A DNA stretch of 38,355 nucleotides, taken from contig JAAUTE010000002.1 of the NCBI GenBank assembly GCA_012031815.1, positions 1 through 38,355 of the forward strand, read 5' to 3'. The position numbers were made by a program, and so were the translations under genes. Each line of letters opens with the position of its first letter. Within the stretch, counting starts at the first letter, position 1. The DNA is from Chloroflexaceae bacterium (lineage in GTDB: Bacteria; Cyanobacteriota; Cyanobacteriia; Cyanobacteriales; JAAUTE01). The notes under the pieces are model-generated. The model ran no database searches. It was not told the DNA's origin and saw only the letters and a list, made by a program, of their open reading frames with translations. Below are positions 1 to 8,488 of the stretch, piece by piece.

Positions 1-124
1 GGTTCAGGGGATGGCAGCACCTGAGCAGGATGCGCCCAGGCAAAAGGCGAGGCCCTCCCAGGGATTCGCTATGATCCGAAGTAGAATGCAATCAATCGAT
101 TAATCTAACTGTCAAGCAGAAACT

Positions 125-740
125 ATGACCTCCTATGCAACTGCTGCTGCAAGGGCTGAGATGAGCGAATTGCGGCGCTTAAAAACCCTTTTACCCCCAG
201 AATTGCAAAGCTGGTCATGGTAGAAGGCTCTAGTGATGTTAACCCGCCCTTGATTCGCTGCGAAGAGATCGGTCGCGATGAAGTAGAAATCCAGCTCGAT
301 CTCGCCAAGTGGGAGAACCTGGCCATTGACCAGCGCAATCTGCTGTTCTGGCACGAAGTGGCCCGGATTCAAAATGACACGATTCCGCGCGAAGGCTGGG
401 AAATGGCGGCCCTGGCCATCGGGTTAGGGGGCGCGGTGGGCGAACTGTGGGTACAAGACGGGTTGCTCTTGCTCCTCGCCCTCTCCCTGTGCGGGATTTC
501 TGGCTATCGCCTTTGGCAAAAAACAGCGGCCAGCGGACTTTGACCGAAGCCATCGAAGCCGACGAAAAGGCGATCGCCCTGGCCAATCGTTTCGGTTACT
601 CCCTGCCCAACGCCTACAAAAGTTTAGGCAGCGCCTTAAAAACCCTGATTGAGCAGACCCCGAACCGAGGCAAGCGCAAGCGCTACGAAGAACGGCTGCA
701 ATCCCTGCGACGTAGCGCTTCTAAACCAAAGACCGCATGA
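125..740 (+). CDS. Conserved cyanobacterial membrane protein (DUF3318-like, name from memory); reading frame broken twice in this assembly
   Basis: Track ORFs 217-543 and 447-740 join into one sensible protein if one A is added to the A6 run 518-523 (...GYRLWQK|NSGQRTLTEAIEADEKAIALANRFGYSLPNAYKSLGSALK...). An unlisted ATG ORF 125-223 (MTSYATAAARAEMSELRRLKTLLPPELQSW) runs into the 217 frame if one G is added at GG 213-214. Two hydrophobic segments are present (MAALAIGLGGAVGELW, LLLLLALSLCGISGY). The N-terminal extension 125-216 is the least certain part. Confidence 0.5.
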
Positions 741-950
741 AAGCCCAGCGCGACAGCGCCGTTTAGTCGGTAAACAGTCCCTAAAACGACCGTTTATGGG
801 CGACCCAACCGAGATACTGTTCAGGCAAAACGGCTCCAAACGCCTGATTGAATGGCAGTGGGGAGTTGGTCTTGGCGGCGCGATCGGGTTAAAACAAAAT
901 AAATGATATTTTTAGATTAACCTCCACCAAACACAATCGAGTCGCTGGTC

Positions 951-1948
951 GTGATGAATAGCCAAGTTCCCCCGGTCGAATTTCCGGTTGTTGTGGTTGA
1001 AACGGTTCCGGTGATCCAAATGCCTGGTCGCTTGAGCATTCTTGAGGCAATCTCTTTCAAGGAGATCTGCCACAACCTTCTAGAGCAAAAGCCTAACCTC
1101 CAGCGCATTATTCTTGAGTGCAGCGAGACACAATTTATTGACAGTAGCGGGGTTGGGGCCCTGGTTCATAATCATAAAGCGGCTCAAGATCGAGGAGTGG
1201 AACTCGTATTGCGGAATGTGCCTCCCCCTTTTATGGCCGTACTGTCGATGACGGGGTTAAGCGCAGTTCTCCACATTGCCTCGATTTTGGAACGACCGCC
1301 CGCGACCCCACGCCGCCAGCTTTCCCAACCGCCGGAGACACATCCCTCTGTGCGCTCTTGGGTAAAACGATTCTTGGATATCATTGGCAGTTTAGTAGGT
1401 TTGGGAATTACCGCAACGATTTTTATTCCCGTGGCGATCGCCATTCGCCTAGACAGTCCGGGGCCTATTTTTTTGGTCAAATCCGCTGCGGTTGGTTGGG
1501 CAAACGCTTCCGCATCTGGAAATTTCGCTCTATGTGCATTAATGCCGAGCAATTAAAATCTCAGGTATCTAACGAGGCGAAAGGCGCTATTTTCAAAAAC
1601 GATAACGATCCGCGCATTACGCGGATAGGGCGATTTTTACGCCGCACCAGCCTAGACGAGTTTCCCCAATTTTGGAACGTCCTCAAGGGCGACATGAGTT
1701 TGGTGGGAACGCGCCCCCCAACCCCCGATGAAGTGGAGCGCTACGAAGTTCCCGCCTGGCAGCGCTTGGATGTTAAGCCCGGCATGACCGGAGAATGGCA
1801 AGTCAATGGGCGATCGCAAATCCGTGATTTTGAAGATGTGATCAAGCTCGATTTGCGCTATCAGCAAAACTGGTCTTTAAATTACGACCTTGGGTTAATT
1901 TTGAGAACCCTGCTGATCCTATTCCGCAAAAATAGTGGCGCTGTTTAG
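951..1948 (+). CDS. STAS (anti-sigma-antagonist-like) domain fused to a bacterial sugar transferase (polyprenyl-phosphate glycosyl-1-phosphate transferase, PF02397-type) domain; one frameshift at T7 run 1468-1474
   Basis: aa ~15-112 are STAS-like and include the phospho-acceptor motif FIDSSGVGALV (Ser codons 1143-1148). From aa ~139 the sequence reads KRFLDIIGSLVGL...IRLDSPGPIF. After a -1 frame change it continues FGQIRCGWLGKRFRIWKFRSM...DPRITRIGRFLRRTSLDEFPQFWNVLKGDMSLVGTRP...KPGMTGEWQVNGR, which are classic sugar-transferase motifs. Built from track ORFs 951-1556 and 1358-1948. Confidence 0.8.
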
Positions 1949-1973
1949 ACCTCCTCGCAAATGGGTGGCGTTA

Positions 1974-2408
1974 ATGCCAGAGGAAAAGCCAATTCACCAA
2001 ACCTACCTACAGGTGCATACCAAGCTAGAAGACCTGACCGAGGTGCTGCAATGGTTTGAACGTGCCATTAAGCAGTGCGTTCCCGAAGCCGTTTTTTGGC
2101 AATGTCAAGTCGCCCTGGCGGAAGGATTCACCAACACGGTGCGTCATGCCCACCGAAATTTGCCAGCCACTACGCCGATTGAACTTAAGGTAGATTTATT
2201 TGCCCGCAGCCTGGAAATTTGCATCTGGAATTTTGGTCAGCCCTTCGATCTAGAAGCTGCCCTGCGGGCCTTGCCCAGGGAAAAGGAACAGCTTCTCTAC
2301 AAAGAAGATGGCCGCGGTTTGTTTTTTATGGAGCAGCTTACCGATGAGTTGCGCTATGTCCGTACTGATAACGGTCGCAATTGTCTGATTATGCGGAAGC
2401 AGTTTTAG
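1974..2408 (+). CDS. RsbW/SpoIIAB-like anti-sigma-factor-type serine kinase (HATPase_c_2)
   Basis: N-box-like ALAEGFTNTVRHAH and G2-like EDGRGLFFMEQLTDEL motifs, and a small size (~144 aa from ATG 1974). The track ORF starts at GTG 1935, which would overlap the upstream stop at 1946-1948. The gene lies 25 nt downstream of the STAS-transferase gene on the same strand. Confidence 0.75.
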   Translation: MPEEKPIHQTYLQVHTKLEDLTEVLQWFERAIKQCVPEAVFWQCQVALAEGFTNTVRHAHRNLPATTPIELKVDLFARSLEICIWNFGQPFDLEAALRALPREKEQLLYKEDGRGLFFMEQLTDELRYVRTDNGRNCLIMRKQF

Positions 2409-2420
2409 AGAAGCATGACC

Positions 2421-4310
2421 CTAAAATAAAGGTTGGTGCTCCAAGCTGGGCTGGACTTTCAGGCGAATGGCGATCGCACTTAGGTTATCGTGACCATTTT
2501 GCTCGTTGGCAAACTCGATCATCTTGCGCAGTCCCTGTTCCAGATTGGCGCGGGAGCTGAGCAGGGGAACGAGATAGGTATCGCCGTGCTGCTCGAGCAA
2601 TTGGTTGTCTGAAAGTCCATCGGAACACAACAAGAGTAAAGTGTCCTCATTAACCTCAAAAAACTGCACATCTGGTTTGACATAGCCGTTATTGCGGGGC
2701 CCGAGGGCTTGGGTGAGCTGGTAGGCGTCGGGACGGGCGTAGGCAACCTCTCGTTCAACCCCGCGCATAATCTCTCGCTGGCCGACGGCATGATCGAGGG
2801 TCAATAGCTCGCTGCCCCGACGGCGGGTGACCCGATAGATGCGGCTGTCTCCGACATGGGCGATGGCAACGTGAGTATTATGAACCAGGGCGAGGGCAAT
2901 GGTTGTCCCCATGCGTCCAACCCCGGAACGGGACTCCTTGAGGTTCTCGTCGTAGATAGCCTGGTTAGCCTGCAAAATCCCCTCAATAATCGTCTCCTCA
3001 CTGGGTAAATTCTCCTGCCGGCAGGACTGAAAATAGCGCTGTAGGGTCTCAACGGCTAAGGCAGAAGCCACTTCACCGCCGGCATGACCCCCCATGCCAT
3101 CGCAAACAATAAATAAGCCACTGACCTGGATTTTTTGGCGGCGGGAGTTTTCCCAGCGAGAAATTTGGGTTTCAATGCCGTAAAAGTCTTCATTTTGAGC
3201 GCGCTGACTGCCAATATCGGTGATACCAGCCTCGGCTAGGCTCAGCAGTTCCATCGGCAGCACGACCGTCGGCAACTCATCCCCTTCACTGTCTTCACGG
3301 GTGGTGAGGAAATTGGTGCTGTCTTCCTCTGGCGGGTTCACAACCTCCCTAGGGGTTTCCGGCTCAGTTGCTTGGGTGCGGGCCAGTTGCTGGAGTTGCG
3401 ATCGCACTTGAGCGACGTGATCGAACTGGCCGTTGCTGACACGCTGGAGGAAAGGCCGTAGCAACTGGGAATCCGGGGAGTGGCGTTCTCCTAGCAGTTC
3501 CAGCCAGAGCTGGCCCAGTTGTGCGAGGGAGGTGACGCCCCCACTGTCGGGATAAAGTTGCAACAGCACCAGATACTGGTCTTCATCCACCCGCAGATTT
3601 TCCAAGGCCAACAGCGAGCGGCGGCAGTTCACCTTCGTCAGGGCCTCCCAAAGTTGGAGCATTTCATCGAAATAATAGAGAAGTTGCAGCAGGGGCAGGC
3701 TTTCCGCCGCCAGAAATTCTTCCAGGGGCTGCCATTGGGAGCGATCGGCCAGTAACAAAACCGTTCGGGCAGCGTCTTGCCAAGCATCGCCAATTTCAGG
3801 AATGGCGGGCAAGTCCTGGAGGGCCAGGTAGTTCAAGGCGCTCTCCGGCAGGTCAAAAGTCGGGGGAAGGGTCTGGAGGCTATCCGTGGATGGAGTGAGG
3901 GGTTCGGCTTGCGCTTCCAAAAAAAGAGACAGGCGAGTTTTGGCGAGGGGTTGGCGGTCGAGTACCCGTCCTTGCCAAGGGAGTTGTGACGGAGCATCGC
4001 CAGAAACTGGCGGGGTGGCTTCCAGGGATAGGAGCTGATAGCGTCCATCGGCATCAAGGGAGTCTTGGAGTTGCAACTGCCACTGAGCCGTTGCCTCGGA
4101 GGGGGAAGTCCCTGCTAGTTCGGGGGAGTGGAGGATAAGCGCTCGCCAGATCGTCCCGATAAAGGCTCCACAGTTGGGACAATCGGGCACACTGAGGGGA
4201 GCTTGAGTACCGCATTCAGGACAATTTTTGTGGGTTAGAGACGTTCCACAGCGATCGCAATTAGGCGCGGCAGCGGCATTTTCAAACTGGCACTGCGGGC
4301 AAATTAACAT
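2421..4310 (-). CDS. Double zinc-ribbon / degenerate kinase-like domain / PP2C (PPM) Ser-Thr phosphatase
   Basis: aa 1-50 carry four CxxC pairs (CPQC..CDRC, CPEC..CPNC). aa ~88-310 are kinase-like but lack catalytic residues. aa ~355-625 carry PP2C motifs: ITDIGSQRAQNEDF, FIVCDGMGGHAGGEVAS, LLLCSDGLSD, NGHDNLSAIAI. Uninterrupted 629-aa ORF. Confidence 0.85.
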   Translation of the reverse strand: MLICPQCQFENAAAAPNCDRCGTSLTHKNCPECGTQAPLSVPDCPNCGAFIGTIWRALILHSPELAGTSPSEATAQWQLQLQDSLDADGRYQLLSLEATPPVSGDAPSQLPWQGRVLDRQPLAKTRLSLFLEAQAEPLTPSTDSLQTLPPTFDLPESALNYLALQDLPAIPEIGDAWQDAARTVLLLADRSQWQPLEEFLAAESLPLLQLLYYFDEMLQLWEALTKVNCRRSLLALENLRVDEDQYLVLLQLYPDSGGVTSLAQLGQLWLELLGERHSPDSQLLRPFLQRVSNGQFDHVAQVRSQLQQLARTQATEPETPREVVNPPEEDSTNFLTTREDSEGDELPTVVLPMELLSLAEAGITDIGSQRAQNEDFYGIETQISRWENSRRQKIQVSGLFIVCDGMGGHAGGEVASALAVETLQRYFQSCRQENLPSEETIIEGILQANQAIYDENLKESRSGVGRMGTTIALALVHNTHVAIAHVGDSRIYRVTRRRGSELLTLDHAVGQREIMRGVEREVAYARPDAYQLTQALGPRNNGYVKPDVQFFEVNEDTLLLLCSDGLSDNQLLEQHGDTYLVPLLSSRANLEQGLRKMIEFANEQNGHDNLSAIAIRLKVQPSLEHQPLF

Positions 4311-4473
4311 GGGTGCAACCCCCTCGATTTCCCTGGAGTGGTCAATGGCGATTCCCCATTACTATAGCTGCTGTATGGCTGACTAGGGAGTAGTTATCGA
4401 ACATTTGCCGGCAAAATATAGCTAAGGGTTATTGTCAAAAAAACAACTGGAAGCGAAAAAGGTCAAGACAACC

Positions 4474-5169
4474 ATGAAGGACAAAGCGGTTTTACTGACG
4501 GGAGGGACGGGCGGTTTGGGGTTGGGCGTCGTGTCAGCGGTTCTGGCCCGAGGGGCAAAGGTAACCCTTCCTTATCGGGGAGAATCGGGGCGCCAGCGGC
4601 TCCAGGAACAATTAACCCCGGAAATGGGCGATCGCCTCCGGTTTGTTCCCTGCGACCTCAGCAATGAAGGGGCAGTGGCTCAGTTGGTAGCGGAGATGGG
4701 CCGGGTAGAGGTGTTAATTCACCTGGTTGGCGGGTTCTCAATGGGAGCAACCCATCAGTTGAGCTACGACGACTGGCAAGCGTCCTTCAATCTCAATCTC
4801 AACACCACCTTTTTGGTGTGCAAGCACTGCCTGGGGGCAATGCTACAACAAGACTATGGGCGCATTGTTACCGTGGGATCTGGCGCATCCCTCAAACCAG
4901 GGGCCAACTTAGCTGCCTACAGTGCCGCCAAAGCTGGGGTCGCGGCCCTCACTCAGGCGATCGCAGCGGAAACCAAAGGAACCAACATCACGGCCAATGT
5001 GGTTTTGCCCAGCGTCATTGACACGCCGACGAATCGGGAGGCAATGGGAAGCGATCGCGCAGAGAACTGGGTCAAGCCAGAGTCTTTAGCGGAAGCCATT
5101 TGTTTTCTGGCATCGGCAGCGGCTGGGGATCTTCGCGGAGCTGTAATTCCAGTTTTTGGCAATACTTAA
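4474..5169 (+). CDS. SDR family NAD(P)-dependent oxidoreductase
   Basis: Rossmann motif LLTGGTGGLGLG and catalytic YSAAK, with typical SDR length. ATG 4474 is preferred to the TTG at 4432 used by the ORF track. Confidence 0.85.
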   Translation: MKDKAVLLTGGTGGLGLGVVSAVLARGAKVTLPYRGESGRQRLQEQLTPEMGDRLRFVPCDLSNEGAVAQLVAEMGRVEVLIHLVGGFSMGATHQLSYDDWQASFNLNLNTTFLVCKHCLGAMLQQDYGRIVTVGSGASLKPGANLAAYSAAKAGVAALTQAIAAETKGTNITANVVLPSVIDTPTNREAMGSDRAENWVKPESLAEAICFLASAAAGDLRGAVIPVFGNT

Positions 5170-5284
5170 ATTTAGTGAGAATTCAGCAGGTATTGCGGTC
5201 AATAACCAAAAAGCCTGCTAATAGCCCATTTGGAGATTGGGAAAACCTTTAAACTGAAATTAGCGTTGGGAGGCCAATTTGACG

Positions 5285-5866
5285 ATGACACAAGCACTAG
5301 AAACCACAGCCCAGACCCTAGAAGCTTATTTTGAGCAGGAAACTAACTCACAGCAACGTCACGAATACATCAAGGGTGAAATTATTTCTATGGCTGGGGG
5401 AACCCCTAATCACAACAGGATTTTGCTCAATTTTGGTGCGGCGCTTAATGTCGCTTTTAAACGCCAACCCTATGAAGTATTCGTTTGTGACCAGCGCCTT
5501 TGGATTCCTGAGGCTGGAATTTGTACCTATCCTGACGTGATGATTGTCGCTCCGCCCCTAGGGTATGGGCAAAACCGACGGGACACCTTGACCAATCCGC
5601 TATTTATTGCCGAGGTCTTGTCAAAATCTACCGCTAATTATGACCAAACCGAGAAATTTTCCGCTTACCGCACCATTGATAGTTTGCAGGAATACGTGAT
5701 GCTCGATCAAACTAAAATGCACGTAGAACAATACACCAAAGTCGAACCGCGTCAGTGGATTTTTCGGGAGTACGATGGGGATGCAATTTTATCGCTAGCG
5801 TCTGTTCCCTTCGAGATTGCCCTGGCTGACCTCTACGATAAAGTTGATTTTGCTGCCGAGGAATAA
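5285..5866 (+). CDS. Uma2 family (DUF820) restriction-endonuclease-fold protein
   Basis: Typical Uma2 layout: [21 protein letters not shown]..., [33 protein letters not shown] 5285 follows GGGAGG (5268-5273). Confidence 0.8.
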   Translation: MTQALETTAQTLEAYFEQETNSQQRHEYIKGEIISMAGGTPNHNRILLNFGAALNVAFKRQPYEVFVCDQRLWIPEAGICTYPDVMIVAPPLGYGQNRRDTLTNPLFIAEVLSKSTANYDQTEKFSAYRTIDSLQEYVMLDQTKMHVEQYTKVEPRQWIFREYDGDAILSLASVPFEIALADLYDKVDFAAEE

Positions 5867-5867
5867 A

Positions 5868-5889
5868 GGGGAAAAAGGCGTTTTTCTCC
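5868..5889 (+). terminator. Possible hairpin downstream of the Uma2 gene
   Basis: GGGGAAAAA-GGCG-TTTTTCTCC gives a stem of about 9 bp (one G.U) with a 4-nt loop, 2 nt after the stop codon. There is no separate U-tract after the stem, so it is not a canonical intrinsic terminator. Confidence 0.3.
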
Positions 5890-5955
5890 AGTAACAAGGC
5901 CCTTGGGCCAAATGATATAAGATCGGGGATGCAAGCCCCTCGCCTCGGTGTTTTC

Positions 5956-8273
5956 ATGTCTGCTCCCTTTTCTGCCGAAGAAATTGCTGCCGAACGCCTC
6001 AAACCCCAAGAATACGAAGAAATCGTCCAACGCCTGGGTCGCCATCCCAACCGCGCTGAATTAGGCATGTTTGGGGTCATGTGGTCGGAACATTGCTGCT
6101 ACAAAAACTCCCGTCCTCTCCTTAAACAGTTTCCCACCACCGGCGATCTCATTTTGGTAGGGCCGGGGGAGAATGCGGGTGTCGTGGACGTGGGGGACGG
6201 ACTGAAACTAGCCTTTAAAATTGAATCCCACAATCACCCGTCGGCGATCGAACCGTTTCAAGGGGCGGCCACCGGGGTTGGCGGAATTTTGCGGGATATT
6301 TTCACGATGGGAGCGCGTCCCATTGCTATTTTAAACTCCCTACGCTTCGGAACCCTGGATAACAACCGTGCCCGCCAGATCTTTACCGGGGTAGTTGAAG
6401 GCATTGCTCACTACGGCAATAGCGTGGGCGTTCCCACCGTGGGCGGCGAGGTTTACTTCGATGAAGCCTATGCAGGCAATCCCCTGGTCAATGTCATGGC
6501 CCTGGGACTATTGGAAACCCCAGAAATTGTCACCGCCAAAGCAGAGGGCATCGGCAATCCGGTGCTGTACGTGGGGTCAACCACCGGGCGGGATGGGATG
6601 GGAGGAGCGGCCTTTGCCAGCGTTGAATTAAGCGAGGAATCCATAGATGACCGACCCGCCGTCCAGGTAGGCGACCCTTTTTTGGAAAAATCCCTGATTG
6701 AAGCCTGTTTAGAAGCGTTTAAGACCGGTGCAGTGATTGCCGCTCAGGACATGGGAGCCGCCGGCATTACTTGCTCGACCGCAGAAATGGCAGCGAAAGG
6801 CGGCATCGGCATTGAATTTGATTTAGACCGGGTTCCGGCGCGGGAAACGGCCATGGTTCCCTACGAATACCTGCTCTCCGAATCCCAGGAGCGGATGCTG
6901 CTCATCGCCCACCAAGGCCGGGAGCAAGAGCTGATCGACATTTTTCACCGCTGGGGACTCCATGCGGTGGTTGCCGGGGTGGCGATCGCCGAACCGGTGG
7001 TGCGGATCTGGTTTCAGGGCAAAATTGTCGCAGAAGTACCAGCGACGGCCCTAGCCGAGAATACCCCCATTTATCACCGGGAAATCCTCTCGGAACCGCC
7101 AGAATACGCTACCCAAGCCTGGTCTTGGACGAGTGATGCCCTGCCATCCTGTCAGCTAACGGGGATCGAAATTGAGGGAAAACCCTACACCTGGTCGGAA
7201 ATTTTACTAAAGTTGCTGAGCTTGCCAACCCTGGCGTCTAAAGCCTGGATTTATCGCCAGTACGACCATCAGGTACAAAATAACACCGTCTTGCTGCCGG
7301 GGGGGGGCGATGCCGCCGTGATTCGCCTGCGCCCCATTCCGGAAGTGGATGCGGCGGTTGTCCCCTACCGCAAGGGCATTGCCGCTACCACCGACTGTAA
7401 CTCGCGCTATGTCTATCTCGATCCCCACGAGGGAGCCAAAGCTGCCGTGGCCGAAGCCGCCCGCAATTTAAGCTGTGTGGGAGCCGAACCCCTCGCCGTA
7501 ACCGATAACCTCAACTTTGGCAGCCCCGAAAACCCGGTTATCTACTGGCAGCTCGCCTTGGCGTGCCAGGGCATTGCCGCTGCCTGCCGGGAACTCAATA
7601 CCCCGGTTACGGGCGGCAACGTCTCTCTCTACAACGAAACCCGCGACGCCCAAGGCAATCCCCAAGCCATCTACCCCACGCCCACCATCGGCATGGTCGG
7701 TTTGCTCGAAGATATCACCAAAGCCTGCTCCCAAAGTTGGAAACAGCCGGGAGACGCCATTTATTGGCTGGGCTATGTTCCCAACGCTCAAACTCTCGGC
7801 GGTTCCGAATATTTAGCCTCTCTCCACGGCATCGTCGCTGGCCGGCGCCCCAGGTGGATTTTGAGCGGGAGCGCCGCACCCAAGCCGCCTGCCGCTACGG
7901 AATTCAACAGGACTGGATTAATGCCGCCCACGACCTCTCAGAAGGGGGCTTGGCGATCGCTTTAGCAGAATGCTGTCTAAGCGGTAATTTGGGCGCTGAG
8001 GTACGACTGCCAGAAAGTTCACAGCGCTGGGACGAACAGCTCTTTGGCGAAGCGACGAGCCAAATTCTGACGGCCGTTTCTCCAGAACAGCAAATTACTT
8101 GGGAAGCCTACCTGACACAACAACTGGGTTGCGCCTGGCAAAAGCTGGGCCAGGTTAGCGATCGCTCCCACTTGCGGGTAATTACGGCTGACGATCGCCT
8201 CTTAATAAACGTTAATATCGGTGATATGGGCGATCGGTGGCACCAAGCAATTTCGCGATCGCTTAACCTCTGA
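5956..8273 (+). CDS. purL: Phosphoribosylformylglycinamidine synthase subunit PurL; frameshift at C4 run 7848-7851
   Basis: [66 protein letters not shown]. The C-terminal ~140 aa continue in track ORF 7563-8273 (...[41 protein letters not shown]...) once one C is added. ATG 5956 is preferred to 5929. Confidence 0.9.
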
Positions 8274-8368
8274 TAGTTGCCCGTCCCCGTAGCCAGAATC
8301 CGGCAAGTCCGGTTACTTTGGTTTTTTTGGCTTAAATTTATTTGACTTGTCAAAAGACTGAGCAAAGA

Positions 8369-8392
8369 CCCCTGGCTGGGCGCTCCCAGGGG
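8369..8392 (+). other. Stem-loop in the purL-purF spacer
   Basis: CCCCTGG-10 nt-CCAGGGG forms a perfect 7-bp GC-rich stem with no U-tract. It could be a processing or pause element, or have no function. Confidence 0.3.
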
Positions 8393-8488
8393 TATTAAGA
8401 AATATTAAGGACTGTCCTGATAAGATAATTAAGGTTTCGCCCCGCCATTGACTCACCCGCTGCTGCCCTTTAGGAGCTAACCCAGAGA

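Noticed and set aside
1-124. A possible 3' end of an upstream gene (frame ending ...RMQSID then TAA near 100)
   Set aside because: Only ~33 codons are visible and there is no motif, so I cannot distinguish it from non-coding sequence.
1293-1365. The STAS-transferase fusion as an artefact of a hidden indel that removed a stop codon
   Set aside because: Both domains are in the same frame. The frame that a hidden 1-nt deletion would expose (the frame of track ORF 1358-1948) has no stop anywhere between ~1244 and 1948. Only the insertion-type frame has a stop (1363-1365). Separate genes would require an error type that is rare in this window, or two compensating errors.
4404-4415. Perfect 12-bp palindromes TTTGCCGGCAAA (4404-4415), GGAAAATTTTCC (29244-29255) and GAGTTTAAACTC (14657-14668) in promoter or spacer regions, considered as operator sites
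   Set aside because: A 12-bp perfect palindrome is expected about 38355/4096, i.e. roughly 9 times, by chance in a window this size. Three examples in spacers carry no statistical weight without conservation data.
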